From contig OZ242260.1 of the NCBI GenBank assembly GCA_965207065.1, positions 4,064,001 to 4,128,000 of the forward strand: a stretch of 64,000 bases of DNA, given 5' to 3'. This stretch comes from a bacterium (GTDB lineage: Bacteria; UBA8248). Shown here piece by piece: positions 9,481 to 19,311 of this stretch; the first letter of the stretch is position 1, and every line of letters begins with the position of its first letter. Below the pieces are notes generated by a model that had not been told where the DNA came from, searched no databases, and saw only the letters and a list, made by a program, of their open reading frames with translations. The translations under genes and the position numbers were made by a program.

Positions 9481-10191
9481 ATGGGCGCAACTCTTACTTA
9501 TCTGGGACACTCCACTTTCGTCGGCCAGTCAGACGGAGGCCAGACCTTCTACATCGACCCCTGGCTCGATGGTAACCCGCGCTGCCCCGAAGACCAGCAA
9601 AGCCCCAGGAAAGCGGACCTGATCGCCCTTACGCACGGCCATTTCGACCACATCGCCGCCGTCATGGACGTTTACGGCCAGGGCGGATGCCCGGTGGCCG
9701 GCCCTTATGAGCTGGTGAACCTCATCGCCCAGAACGAGGGTTTTGCCGAGGAGCACGCGGGCGCGATGGGCAAGGGCGGCACGGTGGATTTCGGCGGTAT
9801 CGGCGTCACCCTCACCCACGCCATGCACAGTTCGAGCTATAACGACCCGGGCGTCTACGCCGGCGAACCCGCCGGCCTCGTCATGACCTTCGAGGACGGG
9901 AAGCGCGTCTACCACGCGGGGGATACCGCCGTATTCGGCGACATGAAGATCATCGGCGAGTTGTACCAGCCGGATCTCTGCCTCCTGCCCATCGGCAGCC
10001 GGTTCACGATGGACCCGCGCGAAGCGGCCCTCGCAGTCGAGCTTCTGGGCGCCAGCCGGGTCGTGCCGATCCACCACTCGACCTTCCCGCCGCTCACGGG
10101 CACGCCCGAGCAGTTCGCCGAAGAGGTTGCGGCGCGCGGGCTATCGCCGGAAATCACCGTGATGGAGCCGGGCGATTCCATCAGCGTGTAA
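9481..10191 (+). CDS. UPF0173-type metal-dependent hydrolase (metallo-beta-lactamase fold)
   Basis: YLGHS, IDPWL.GNP, THGHFDH, HAMHSS, YHAGDT, PIHH.TFP; TATAAT at 9365-9370 upstream. Confidence 0.9.
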   Translation: MGATLTYLGHSTFVGQSDGGQTFYIDPWLDGNPRCPEDQQSPRKADLIALTHGHFDHIAAVMDVYGQGGCPVAGPYELVNLIAQNEGFAEEHAGAMGKGGTVDFGGIGVTLTHAMHSSSYNDPGVYAGEPAGLVMTFEDGKRVYHAGDTAVFGDMKIIGELYQPDLCLLPIGSRFTMDPREAALAVELLGASRVVPIHHSTFPPLTGTPEQFAEEVAARGLSPEITVMEPGDSISV

Positions 10192-10257
10192 GCGCGTATA
10201 CCGGATAAACAAAAAAGATGAGAATTCGTTATTCATTGCCAATGAAAGGAACCACGC

Positions 10258-12027
10258 ATGAGTGAGGCCCCCCAAGTAAACGCGAGAACAGAAGACCGCG
10301 ACGGAATGCGGATCACCTGGCACCAGCCCATCGAGATGGACGACGGCCTCGTGCTCCGCGCCGACGTGTTCCGGCCCATCGAGGAGGGGAATTATCCCGT
10401 CATCCTGACGTACGGCATCTACGCCAAGGGGGTGGCCTACCAGGAGGGCTATCACCACCAGTGGAACAAGATGGTGGCGGATTATCCCGAAATTCTCGAG
10501 ATGTCCACCAACAAGTACCAGAACTGGGAGGTGACGGACCCCGAGTGCTGGATTCCGCACGGCTACGTCTGCGTTCGCGTGGACTCGCGCGGGGCGGGCT
10601 GGTCGCCCGGCTTCATGGCGCCCAACTCGCCTCGTGAGATCGACGACCTCTACGAGTGCATCGAATGGGCGGGCGTGCAGGATTGGAGCAACGGCAAGGT
10701 GGGGATGCTGGGCATCTCCTATTACTCGCGCAACCAGTGGCGCATCGCGGGCCGGAAGCCTCCGCACCTGACCGCCATCATCCCCTGGGAGGGCGGGAAC
10801 GACACCTACCGCGATTCGGGCTATCACGGGGGCATCCTGAGCCAGTTCCAGGAGCAGTGGTCCAAGGTCCAGGTAATGAACGTCCAGTACGGACGCGGCG
10901 AGAACGCGCGGAAACACCCCGTGACGGGAGAATCCGCCGCCGGCCCCATCACGCTCACCGATGAAGAACTCGCCCAGAACCGCGTCAACGCGTTTGAGGA
11001 ACTCAAGAAACATCCCTTCGACGGCCCGTGGCACCGCGATCGCTCAGGCGACCTCTCGAAAGTCACGCTCCCGCTTCTCACCTGCGCCAACTGGGGCGGA
11101 CAGGGCATCCACCCGCGCGGGAATTTCAACGGCTACATCGAAACGCCCTCGGAACAGAAGTGGCTCGAAGCCCACGGGGATTCCCACTGGTCGCTGTTTT
11201 CGAGCGCCTACGGCCTGGACCTCCAGAAGCGCTTTTTCGACTACTTCCTGAAGGGGATCGACAACGGCTGGGACAAGACCCCGCCGGTCGCGCTCAACGT
11301 CCGCCACCCGGGGCCGAAGTTCGTCCACCGTTACGAGAACGAGTGGCCCCTGGCGCGCACGCAGTGGACGAAGTTCTATCTCGATCTGGAGAACAAGGCG
11401 CTCAGCACCGAACCAGCAGCGGGAGAGGCGAGCCTCGAATACGACGGCATGGGGGACGGCGTGACGTTCTGGATGCCGCCGATGGAGGAGGATACCGAGA
11501 TCACGGGCCCGATGGCGTCCAAGCTCTTCGTCTCCTCATCGACCGAGGATGCGGATCTCTTCATCATCGTCCGCGTGTTCGACCCGGACGGCAAGGAACT
11601 CACCTTCATGGGCTCCACCGATCCGCACACGCCGATTGCGAACGGCTGGCTGCGCGTCTCGCACCGCGCCCTGGACCAGGAGAAGAGCACCTTCTACCGG
11701 CCCTATCATCCCCACGACAAGGCGGAAAAGCTCACGCCCGGCGAAGTGTATGAATGCGACGTGGAGATCGTCACCTCGTGCATCGTCGTGCCCGCCGGCT
11801 GGCAGGTGGCGTTCACCGTGCGCGGGAAGGACTATGAGTACACGGGCGAGCTCAGCGAGTTCGGAAAACAGTTCCACTACTCCACGAAGGGCACGGGCGG
11901 CATGACGCACAACGACCCCGACGACAGGCCGGCCGCGGTTTTCGACAACAAGGTGACCCTGCACGCCGGCGGCGGGCGCGAGCCTTACCTCCTCCTGCCC
12001 ATCATCCCGCCGAAAGAGGGGGAATAG
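10258..12027 (+). CDS. CocE/NonD family hydrolase (peptidase S15)
   Basis: LRADVFRP, VDSRGAG.SPG, WSNGKVGMLGISY nucleophile motif, GWLRVSHR, YLLLPIIP. Confidence 0.9.
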   Translation: MSEAPQVNARTEDRDGMRITWHQPIEMDDGLVLRADVFRPIEEGNYPVILTYGIYAKGVAYQEGYHHQWNKMVADYPEILEMSTNKYQNWEVTDPECWIPHGYVCVRVDSRGAGWSPGFMAPNSPREIDDLYECIEWAGVQDWSNGKVGMLGISYYSRNQWRIAGRKPPHLTAIIPWEGGNDTYRDSGYHGGILSQFQEQWSKVQVMNVQYGRGENARKHPVTGESAAGPITLTDEELAQNRVNAFEELKKHPFDGPWHRDRSGDLSKVTLPLLTCANWGGQGIHPRGNFNGYIETPSEQKWLEAHGDSHWSLFSSAYGLDLQKRFFDYFLKGIDNGWDKTPPVALNVRHPGPKFVHRYENEWPLARTQWTKFYLDLENKALSTEPAAGEASLEYDGMGDGVTFWMPPMEEDTEITGPMASKLFVSSSTEDADLFIIVRVFDPDGKELTFMGSTDPHTPIANGWLRVSHRALDQEKSTFYRPYHPHDKAEKLTPGEVYECDVEIVTSCIVVPAGWQVAFTVRGKDYEYTGELSEFGKQFHYSTKGTGGMTHNDPDDRPAAVFDNKVTLHAGGGREPYLLLPIIPPKEGE

Positions 12028-12073
12028 GCGAAACGGAAGTGGACGCAAACCGAAAGACCCAAGAGGATTCGGG

Positions 12074-12277
12074 ATGAAAGACATGTGGGTCGGCTTTATG
12101 GTTGTCATGATGACGACTTTCGTGGGTTTTGGGCTCGTCTGCGACCAAATCGCGGACATCCGCGAGGAGCTTGGAAGAATTGACGGGATGCTCTCGGGGT
12201 ATCGAGAAACGCTTGGAGAGGATGGAGGAACGAGCGGGTCTCACGGCGCGCGACCTCAATCCCCAACCCTCAGGTAG
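12074..12277 (+). CDS. Small hypothetical protein with N-terminal hydrophobic segment
   Basis: SD GAGGA upstream of ATG; hydrophobic N-terminus followed by a short coiled-coil-like stretch. Confidence 0.45.
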   Translation: MKDMWVGFMVVMMTTFVGFGLVCDQIADIREELGRIDGMLSGYRETLGEDGGTSGSHGARPQSPTLR

Positions 12278-12300
12278 AGTGGCGAAATAACGCCTTGTTT

Positions 12301-12755
12301 CGTAGGGGCCGGAGTCGTTGAAAAAGTCCACAGAAGGAGCGCGCTAAATTTCACTCCCCCCTTGAGGGGGAGTCGAAGAGCTGAGGGCGCAAGCCCAAAA
12401 GCGATTCGGTGGGGGGTCAGCCCCGACTGGAGGGGGAGTAACGATGGGGCATATCTTGTTTGTAATATTGCATCTTTTCGCGCTTCTTTCTGGAACGATT
12501 GCACTGTTCATTACAATACCGCTCCATCTGATTTACTCAGTTTTGCGCAAATGAAATTATAACTACCAAACAGCGTGGGCATGTGGCTCCGGACAATAGG
12601 GTAGTTGAAAATACCGTGCAGGAGAAAAGCAGAGGGGTATGTAGGGGCCGCATATCATGCGGCCCGGTCGCGGGAGGCGCGAAAAATCCGGGTCGCATGA
12701 TATGCGACCCCTACACGAGGCGGAATACCGAAAGAGGCCGTAGGGCAGCCCCTAC
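12301..12755. repeat. Composite intergenic repeat cluster
   Basis: GTCGTTGAAAAA end motif; CACTCCCCCCTTGAGGGGGAG (~12352); paired GTAG palindromes GTAGGGGCCGCATATCATGCGGCCC (12641) and GGGTCGCATGATATGCGACCCCTAC (12690-12714); GTAGGGCAGCCCCTAC (12740). Confidence 0.75.
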
Positions 12756-12824
12756 AAGGAAAGCGTAATTGGCAGGCACGACCCCGACTACACGCCGTAA
12801 TTCCCGCCCGGCTTGGCCATCCGC

Positions 12825-13589
12825 CTACCCCGCGGCGCCGCGGCCGCCGTCCACGATGATGTGCTGTCCGGTGAGGTAATCGGAAGCCGAGGAGCACAGG
12901 AAGAGCGCCGCTCCCGTCAAATCCTCAGGCGCGCCCGCGCGTCCGGCAGGCGTTCGCGCGTGGACCTCCGCCATCTTCTCGGGATTGGCGAACAACCCCC
13001 CCGTCATCGGCGTCTTGGTGAGTTGCGGACCCAGGGCGTTCACCTGGATGCCGTGCGGCGCCCATTCGAGCGCCAGCGCGCGCGTCAGGGAGACGACCGC
13101 GCCCTTGGTGGCGACGTAGACGGCCTGGTTCGGCACGGCGCGCTCGGCCACCATGGAGGTCAGGAGAACGATCTTTCCGCCGCCTTGATCGACCATCACT
13201 TTGGCCGCTGTTTGCGCGCACAGAAACGCGCCGCGCACGTTCGAGCTCAGGAGCGCGTCCACGTCCTCGGGCGCGTGGTCGAGGGCAGGCTTCACGATGT
13301 TGATGGCGGCGCTGTTCACCAGGACGTTCAGCCCCCCGTGGCTCGATACCACTTCACCCACGAGAGCAGAAACCGAGCCTGCATCCCCGACGTCGCAGGA
13401 GAGGAACCCCGCGGCCAGGCCATCTGCCCGGAGGGCTTCGAGCGCCTCCTCGCCGCGCTCCTGCGAGCGGCCCGCGATTGTGACATTCGCGCCCGCATCA
13501 GCGAGGGCCTTGGCAATCGCCAGGCCGATGCCCGAGGTGCCGCCCGTAACAATCGCCACACGGCCGTCCATCCTGAATTGTTTTATCAC
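12825..13589 (-). CDS. SDR family NAD(P)-dependent oxidoreductase
   Basis: TGGTSGIG, NSAA, YVATK, VNALGP, YLTGQHIIVDGG. Confidence 0.92.
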   Translation of the reverse strand: MIKQFRMDGRVAIVTGGTSGIGLAIAKALADAGANVTIAGRSQERGEEALEALRADGLAAGFLSCDVGDAGSVSALVGEVVSSHGGLNVLVNSAAINIVKPALDHAPEDVDALLSSNVRGAFLCAQTAAKVMVDQGGGKIVLLTSMVAERAVPNQAVYVATKGAVVSLTRALALEWAPHGIQVNALGPQLTKTPMTGGLFANPEKMAEVHARTPAGRAGAPEDLTGAALFLCSSASDYLTGQHIIVDGGRGAAG

Positions 13590-13614
13590 CGTTTCATCTC
13601 CGATGGACCAGGTA

Positions 13615-14424
13615 TCACAACCGGGCCCTTAGAAATTCAATCGTATTCGTCGACGCCGTCTCGAAGTCGGGCTTCTGGGCGAGCTGGGCCGAGAGATAGC
13701 CCGCATAGCCGACTTCCTTGAGCGCGCCGATAATCTCATCGAAGGGAATGTGGCCGGAACCCGGGTAGGTGCGCATGTTGTCGGCGATGTGGAAGTAATC
13801 GATCCTGTCACCCGCCTCGCGTATCGCGCCTGAGAAAGATGCGTCCTCGATGTTCATGTGGAAGCTGTCGATGAGGAAACCCACCGCCTCGTGGTTCATC
13901 TCGTCCAGAAACTCAAGGCCCTCCCGCGTGGAGCGCACGAAGTTCGTGTTGAAGCGGTGGTGCGGCTCGAAGAGCATTTTGATGCCGCGCTCCCCTGCCC
14001 TGTCCGCACCCGCGCGCAGTCCATCCCACATCCAGCCTTCGGACGCCGCCCTTCGTTCATCTTCCAGGAAATTCCCCCGGAAGCGGCCGATGTTCACCGG
14101 GCAGCCCAACTCGCCCGCGAAATCGATGTGGCCGAAAAGACGCTCCATGGCCTTGGCTCGAACGTCCGCCTCGGGATGGCAGATTTCGATCTCGTCCTGG
14201 TAGGAGATCGGCGCCGTGCCGATGAGGGAGGGTTCCAGGCCCGTTTCCTCGAGCGTGCGACGCAGCTCGTCCTTATCGAAAGCGCCGGTGTCACGCGTCG
14301 CGAGTTCCACGCCGTCGAACCCTAAGTCTTTCAGGAACATGAGATTGTCCCGGAACGCGCCGCGCACCGCCGGCATCAAGGGCGTCGTCACGTCGGGCGT
14401 TGCAACCACATAACCGATTTTCAT
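13615..14424 (-). CDS. Sugar phosphate isomerase/epimerase (xylose-isomerase-like TIM barrel)
   Basis: GFDGVEL, FEPHHRF, DSFHMNIED, HIADN.R.YPGSGH. Confidence 0.85.
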   Translation of the reverse strand: MKIGYVVATPDVTTPLMPAVRGAFRDNLMFLKDLGFDGVELATRDTGAFDKDELRRTLEETGLEPSLIGTAPISYQDEIEICHPEADVRAKAMERLFGHIDFAGELGCPVNIGRFRGNFLEDERRAASEGWMWDGLRAGADRAGERGIKMLFEPHHRFNTNFVRSTREGLEFLDEMNHEAVGFLIDSFHMNIEDASFSGAIREAGDRIDYFHIADNMRTYPGSGHIPFDEIIGALKEVGYAGYLSAQLAQKPDFETASTNTIEFLRARL

Positions 14425-14625
14425 CCTGCTTCACTCCTCTCACACATTCGTTTTATGAAAAATTGCATCGTTGTCCTGCGTTCGTTCACTCCAAATGGGG
14501 ACGGCGGACACTATAGCCGCAAGGGCGGTCGGCTGAAAAGCCAAGCCGCGTTGCCCGAACGTCGGCGATTCTGTAGCTTTCATAACCAGGTATCCGTTAC
14601 TACACAAAACCCGGAAAGGAACGGC

Positions 14626-15573
14626 ATGAGAGAAGACCAGAGGCTGCTTCACGGCGCAATCGACACCCACATCCACGCATCGCCCAGCCTGTTCCCGCGC
14701 GTCTGCAACCACATCGAGTGCGCGCGCGGTGCGGCTTCGGTGGGCATGCGCGGCGTGGTGTTCAAGATTCACCACGGCGATACGTCGGGCCGCATTCCCA
14801 TCGTGCGCGATGTGATGGGCGACGCCATCGAAATCTACGGGGGCATCACGCTCAACAGCCCGGTGGGCGGGTTCAACCCCTTCGCGGTGGACACCGCCAT
14901 CAAGATGGGGGCGAAGATGGTCTGGATGCCCACCATCAGCTCGCTGAACCACCTAGAAAAACTGGGCGCCCCGCATTTTCCGGGCATGAAGCAGACCCGG
15001 GGCGTGAAGCTGAAAGAAGAGGGGCTCACCATCTTTTCCGACAAGAGGCGGACGAAAATACACCCGGAAGTCAGAACGATATGCAAGCTCATCGCTGATG
15101 CGGGTATCTGCCTAAGCACGGGCCATCTGGATGTGGAGGAGGTGCGCGCCCTGATCCCCCTCGCGAAAGAAGAAGGGGTCAAGCACATCATCGTGCAGCA
15201 CCCAGAATACATCGTGGACGCGTCCATAGAGGAGCAGGTCGAGTTCGCAAAGATGGGGGCCTACATCGAGCACCTGGCGATATTCTGCTTCACCCACTGG
15301 GGCGCCTACCCGACCGATGAGAACGCGCCGCCCATCTCCGTCAGGGAGCAGGCCAAGATGGTGAAGGCCGTGGGCCCGGCCAGGACGATTCTCTCCACCG
15401 ACCTCGGCCAGCTCCACAACGCGCCCCCCTGGGAGGGCCTGCGCGTGTTCGTACAGCTCATGCTCGAGAACGGCATCAAGCCCCGCGAGATAGAGACGAT
15501 GCTGCACAAGAACCCCGCCCGCGTACTGGGGCTGCCGCTCAAGGCGCCTAAGCGGGAGGCGGAGGCGGGGTAA
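14626..15573 (+). CDS. Amidohydrolase-fold protein (DUF6282-like)
   Basis: GAIDTHIH..P, KIHH, GGITLN..VGGFNP, WMPT, STGH, STDLGQ, NPARVLG; ATG at 14626 after GAAAGGA. Confidence 0.8.
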   Translation: MREDQRLLHGAIDTHIHASPSLFPRVCNHIECARGAASVGMRGVVFKIHHGDTSGRIPIVRDVMGDAIEIYGGITLNSPVGGFNPFAVDTAIKMGAKMVWMPTISSLNHLEKLGAPHFPGMKQTRGVKLKEEGLTIFSDKRRTKIHPEVRTICKLIADAGICLSTGHLDVEEVRALIPLAKEEGVKHIIVQHPEYIVDASIEEQVEFAKMGAYIEHLAIFCFTHWGAYPTDENAPPISVREQAKMVKAVGPARTILSTDLGQLHNAPPWEGLRVFVQLMLENGIKPREIETMLHKNPARVLGLPLKAPKREAEAG

Positions 15574-15600
15574 GGATCAGGAACGCGGATGGTTTTGGTT

Positions 15601-15870
15601 CGTCATTCCGGCGAAAGCCGGAATGACGGCGGTGGTCGGTTCCGACCGATGAGGGAGGAATCGACTGAGCGAGGCGGGGTTGTTGAAAAGCCTTGGTTTC
15701 GTGATTTCGAGAATGAAACCAACCAGAGGGCCGTAGGGACAGGCCTCCGTGCCTGTCCAATACCCTGTGCCTGTCCTCATGAAGGACAACCACGGAGGGT
15801 TGTCCCTACGGGCTCGGTTCCAATGAATGCGAGATGGTTTCATCCGTAGGGGCGGTTCGCGAACCGCTCT
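15601..15870. repeat. Composite intergenic repeat cluster
   Basis: CGTC palindrome 15601-15628 identical to 6954-6981; GGGGTTGTTGAAAAG at 15676; GTAGGGACAGGCCTCCGTGCCTGTCC 15733-15758; GGACAACCACGGAGGGTTGTCCCTAC 15784-15809; GTAGGGGCGGTTCGCGAACCGC at 15846. Confidence 0.8.
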
Positions 15871-15952
15871 GCTTTACAGGCAACCTGTAGTAAGCCGTTC
15901 TTGTGAACTGCCCAAGGTCGCGACCTCGGACTTTGGTTCTCGATTTCGGTTA

Positions 15953-17248
15953 CTACATCCGATACACCGCGTCCCGAACGAAGCGCGCGAGACTCGCTTT
16001 CGTCTCGTCGCCAAAATTCTCGAACATCTCGATCGTGGCCTGCTTGCTGCCCTCCACGGCGGGCTGATCGAAAGGGTTCACCCCGCGCAGCAGGCCGCCG
16101 TATACCGCCGCCCACTGCCAGAGCGCGATGAGGCCGCATACGTCGCCTACGGCCAGGGAATCGAGCGTGAGCACCATGTGGGGAGTTCCCCTGCGCTCCG
16201 CTTCGGCGGCGACGCCCGCATGCTCCATCTGGAGAAACTCCGTACAGCTCACCCCACCCGCCAGAGCTTCATCCTCCATGAAACTTCCGACGCAAAGCGA
16301 CAGCCCCACCACGTTCTCCCGCCCGCCGAAGTATCGCTGGTTCGTGTGGTGCTGGCTCTCGGGCGCGCCCGCCCAGAGAATCGTCTGCCCGCGCCCGGCC
16401 TTGCAGTAGCTCTCATGGACGAGCTGCACGATGAGCTCGCCCGCGCCCGATAGCGCATGGGCGTAAATCGGCATGAAGACCTCCGTGCAACCCGCGTTCT
16501 CCGCCCGCCACAGTTCGAGCGCTAGATGTTTCGCCATGTTCTCGCTTAAAGGTGCTGCGGCCTTTAGTTTTTCGTGGGCGTCTGCGAAGGCCAAGTCTAT
16601 CTCGCAGGCCAGCGCGGTATTCCCCTCCAGCATCGCGAGGGGCAGGAGCGCGTTGTTCTGCGCGGCGGTGAAGCGCCCGCCCACCTCGTCGGGATGCGGG
16701 AAGGTGTCGAGATTCGCTTGGGCGACCATCTCGGCCAGTTTGCTCGGGCCGGACGAGGTAATCGCCAGGGCCGGGTAGCCGCGCTCCATCAGAAGGGCGG
16801 TCTCCTGGATCACGTTTTCGGTGTTCCCGGACTTGCTCACCGGAACGATGAGCGTGTTATCGGGATTGAACGCGCCGCCTTCGCGCAGCAACTCTCCGAA
16901 CAGACCGCTCATGTCCGTGCCGTCGAGAAGGTGCAGCTTTCTGGGAAACCCCCGCTCGTAGAGCGCCATGTAGAGCGCCCATACGTTTCGTATCGACCCC
17001 CCGTTCCCGACCACGACGACGTGTTCTTTCCCCGCCGCCGCGCTGATCTTGGCCTCCATCCCCGCAACGTCCGCGCGCTCCGTCGCGAACCAGGGCTCCC
17101 CCGGCCCGGCCTGATACCCCGCTATCAGTTCGGCGCAATGCGCGGGGTCGTCCAGAAGCTCTCTCTTCTCGCGCCAGAGGTCGTCCTTCCCCTTATCACC
17201 CAGCGGGGTCTCGAAACTCTTTAGATACAGATGCAGACTCAAACCCAA
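15953..17248 (-). CDS. pgi: Glucose-6-phosphate isomerase (divergent, SIS fold)
   Basis: VVGNGGS, VSKSGNT.E, VGGRFT, QLVHES..K, QH..NQ, GVNPFDQPAVEGSK. Confidence 0.8.
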   Translation of the reverse strand: MGLSLHLYLKSFETPLGDKGKDDLWREKRELLDDPAHCAELIAGYQAGPGEPWFATERADVAGMEAKISAAAGKEHVVVVGNGGSIRNVWALYMALYERGFPRKLHLLDGTDMSGLFGELLREGGAFNPDNTLIVPVSKSGNTENVIQETALLMERGYPALAITSSGPSKLAEMVAQANLDTFPHPDEVGGRFTAAQNNALLPLAMLEGNTALACEIDLAFADAHEKLKAAAPLSENMAKHLALELWRAENAGCTEVFMPIYAHALSGAGELIVQLVHESYCKAGRGQTILWAGAPESQHHTNQRYFGGRENVVGLSLCVGSFMEDEALAGGVSCTEFLQMEHAGVAAEAERRGTPHMVLTLDSLAVGDVCGLIALWQWAAVYGGLLRGVNPFDQPAVEGSKQATIEMFENFGDETKASLARFVRDAVYRM

Positions 17249-17276
17249 GCTCCTCGTTTGTAATAACTCTTCATGA

Positions 17277-18182
17277 TCAAATCGGCCCCGCGTCGAGATG
17301 AGCCTTCATGCTGCGCAAGACGATGGGGATCAGGCCGGCGCGCGGGAGACCCAGACGCTCGAAAACGAAATCGGCCGCCTCCTGGGGTGAAACGTCATCT
17401 CCCTTCTCTGATACGGCCTCGCGCACCAGCACGTCTATCTCTCTCATATACCCTGCCCCACTCTCGATATGGTCGGTAACCGCCTCATCCCGCGAGACCG
17501 CCCGGCTCATGGCGGAGAGCAGGACGTTCACCCCTTGAAGCGCCTTCAACTTCCCGAGGCTCGCCAGCGTGCCCGCCACGCTCTCATAGATCGGTAGCGT
17601 GCCGGGTTCGGGCAGCACGTCGCCTGAGATGAGCACGCCGTCATCGGGGATGAAGAAAGAGAGGCTGCCCGCCGAGTGCCCCGGCGTGTGAACCACCCGG
17701 ACGTCAACGCCGCCCGGCGATATCTCATCCCCTCCTGCGATAAAGCCTGCGAGCTTCACGGGGCCCGACACCGCATCGCGCATCCTTCCCACCGGGCGGA
17801 CGCTGTGCTGGTAGTCCAGGTCCTCGATCATCCGCCTCTCTAATTCTGGTCCAAGGAACTCAGGCCCCGCCCGCTCGGCGATCAGGCCGTTCCCGCCGAT
17901 GTGGTCGAAATGGGAGTGCGTGAGCAGGACGTGCGCAATCTCTTCGGGCTTCCTGCCGATGGATTCGACGTAGGCGAAAATCTCAGGCGCCGTGGAGGCG
18001 ACGCCCGTGTCGATCAGGGTGAGCGTATCGCCCGCGAGGATGTAGGACGTGACGAACCTGGGGATCCGCTCGCCCGCGGGCGTCTTGATCTCGAATTCCA
18101 GCCAGAGGCAATGCACGCGCGGCGTGATCTGCATGGAAGCATCCTTGACGATGGCGGAGAGGCGTATCGGTTCACCCGACAC
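17277..18182 (-). CDS. MBL-fold metallo-hydrolase
   Basis: LIDTG, THSHFDHIGG, HTPGHSAG, LISGD; real start may be the ATG of MQITPRV. Confidence 0.85.
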   Translation of the reverse strand: MSGEPIRLSAIVKDASMQITPRVHCLWLEFEIKTPAGERIPRFVTSYILAGDTLTLIDTGVASTAPEIFAYVESIGRKPEEIAHVLLTHSHFDHIGGNGLIAERAGPEFLGPELERRMIEDLDYQHSVRPVGRMRDAVSGPVKLAGFIAGGDEISPGGVDVRVVHTPGHSAGSLSFFIPDDGVLISGDVLPEPGTLPIYESVAGTLASLGKLKALQGVNVLLSAMSRAVSRDEAVTDHIESGAGYMREIDVLVREAVSEKGDDVSPQEAADFVFERLGLPRAGLIPIVLRSMKAHLDAGPI

Positions 18183-18216
18183 CGGGAATCTACCAAAACC
18201 GCAAGCCGCGCGAAAC

Positions 18217-18662
18217 GGGGCTGTTGAAAAACCCTCCTCGCACGGAATTGGCCAGCACCGTCATTCCGGCGAATGCCGGAATCCAGAGCCGAGGAGAATG
18301 GCGACGCTCCGGTTTTTCATCCCCCACTCACTGGCGGGAATGCAGAAGAAACAAAGGCAAAGTCCCTGGATTCCGGCATGCGCCGGAATGACGATCAAAA
18401 GCGAAGAGCAAAACCACCCTCCCGCATTGGGCGGCGCTTTTGGAGCATCACTCCCTCGGAGGATATTTTCAACAACCCTCTTAACAGGGGGGCAAAGGCC
18501 ATGCCCCACGTCAAGGTGGTGGAAGAAAAGCCCCCCTGACAAGGGGGGTTGCTCTCTTGACAAAGATTTTTTCAACGAACCTCAAGCGGGGGAACCATTT
18601 CATAGACGTATACCGGTAGAGAAATCCATCCCTTGTTTGAAGGAGGGGTTTTTTAACAACCT
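18217..18662. mobile_element. Nested MITE-like composite repeat cluster
   Basis: GGGGCTGTTGAAAAA (18217) ... TTTTCAACAACCC (18478) enclosing an inverted CGTC palindrome pair (18259-18286 and 18366-18393); further right-end motifs at ~18570 and ~18655. Confidence 0.75.
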
Positions 18663-18871
18663 CGCAACACCCTCCTACCCTGCCAGACGAACCCGGGCCC
18701 GCACCGTGAGGCGAGCGCTATTCCGCCCCTCTTTTCCTGAAATCACGAAATCCTCATCTTTTCCTCGTCCCTATCTTGCTGTATAACGCCGCATTGCGGC
18801 GCGTTGGCCTGAAAAAGCCCTTTTAAACAAACGCCCCGCCGCGCGAAAAACATTCGCCTCTGGAGAAGACG

Positions 18872-19294
18872 ATGAATACGACAGCCTTGAGCCTCACCCT
18901 GCTCGCCGTCCTGTGCTTCGGCGTCTGGGGATTCTTCATGAAGCTGGGCCAGGAGCGCCTGGGCGCGATGCCGCACCTCATGGGAATGGGCGTCACCACC
19001 GCCGTCGTCGTCGTCATCGCCGTTATAAGCAGGCAGTTCCCGCTCCCGCCGATGCGCCTGGACGTCATGTGGTTGCCCGTGGTCGCCACGGTGGCCACCC
19101 TGCTGGCCATGCTCTTCCTGGTGCTGGCCTTGGCGAAGGCCGAGGGCCAGACGGCGGGCGTGGTGGCGCTTTCGGCGCTGTATCCGGGCGTCACGGCGAT
19201 TCTGGCGGCGCTCTTTCTGGGCGAGGGCTTCACGCCCGCCAAGGTGGGTGGACTCGTCTGCGCCGCCCTGGCCGCATTCCTGTTCACCCGCTAG
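18872..19294 (+). CDS. EamA/DMT family transporter (single domain)
   Basis: FGVWGFFMK, VVALSALYP.VTAILA..FLGE, five hydrophobic segments. Confidence 0.85.
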   Translation: MNTTALSLTLLAVLCFGVWGFFMKLGQERLGAMPHLMGMGVTTAVVVVIAVISRQFPLPPMRLDVMWLPVVATVATLLAMLFLVLALAKAEGQTAGVVALSALYPGVTAILAALFLGEGFTPAKVGGLVCAALAAFLFTR

Positions 19295-19311
19295 GTGGAT
19301 ATCCTTAAACC

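Noticed and set aside
18049-18786. ORFs lying across repeat clusters (also 6846-7221, 12256-12768, 15548-15849, 38192-38848, 50614-50907, 56019-56355, 56805-57482)
   Set aside because: These are translations of the palindromic repeats (VIPAFAGMT, PPLSGG, LPLKGGV) with no independent coding evidence
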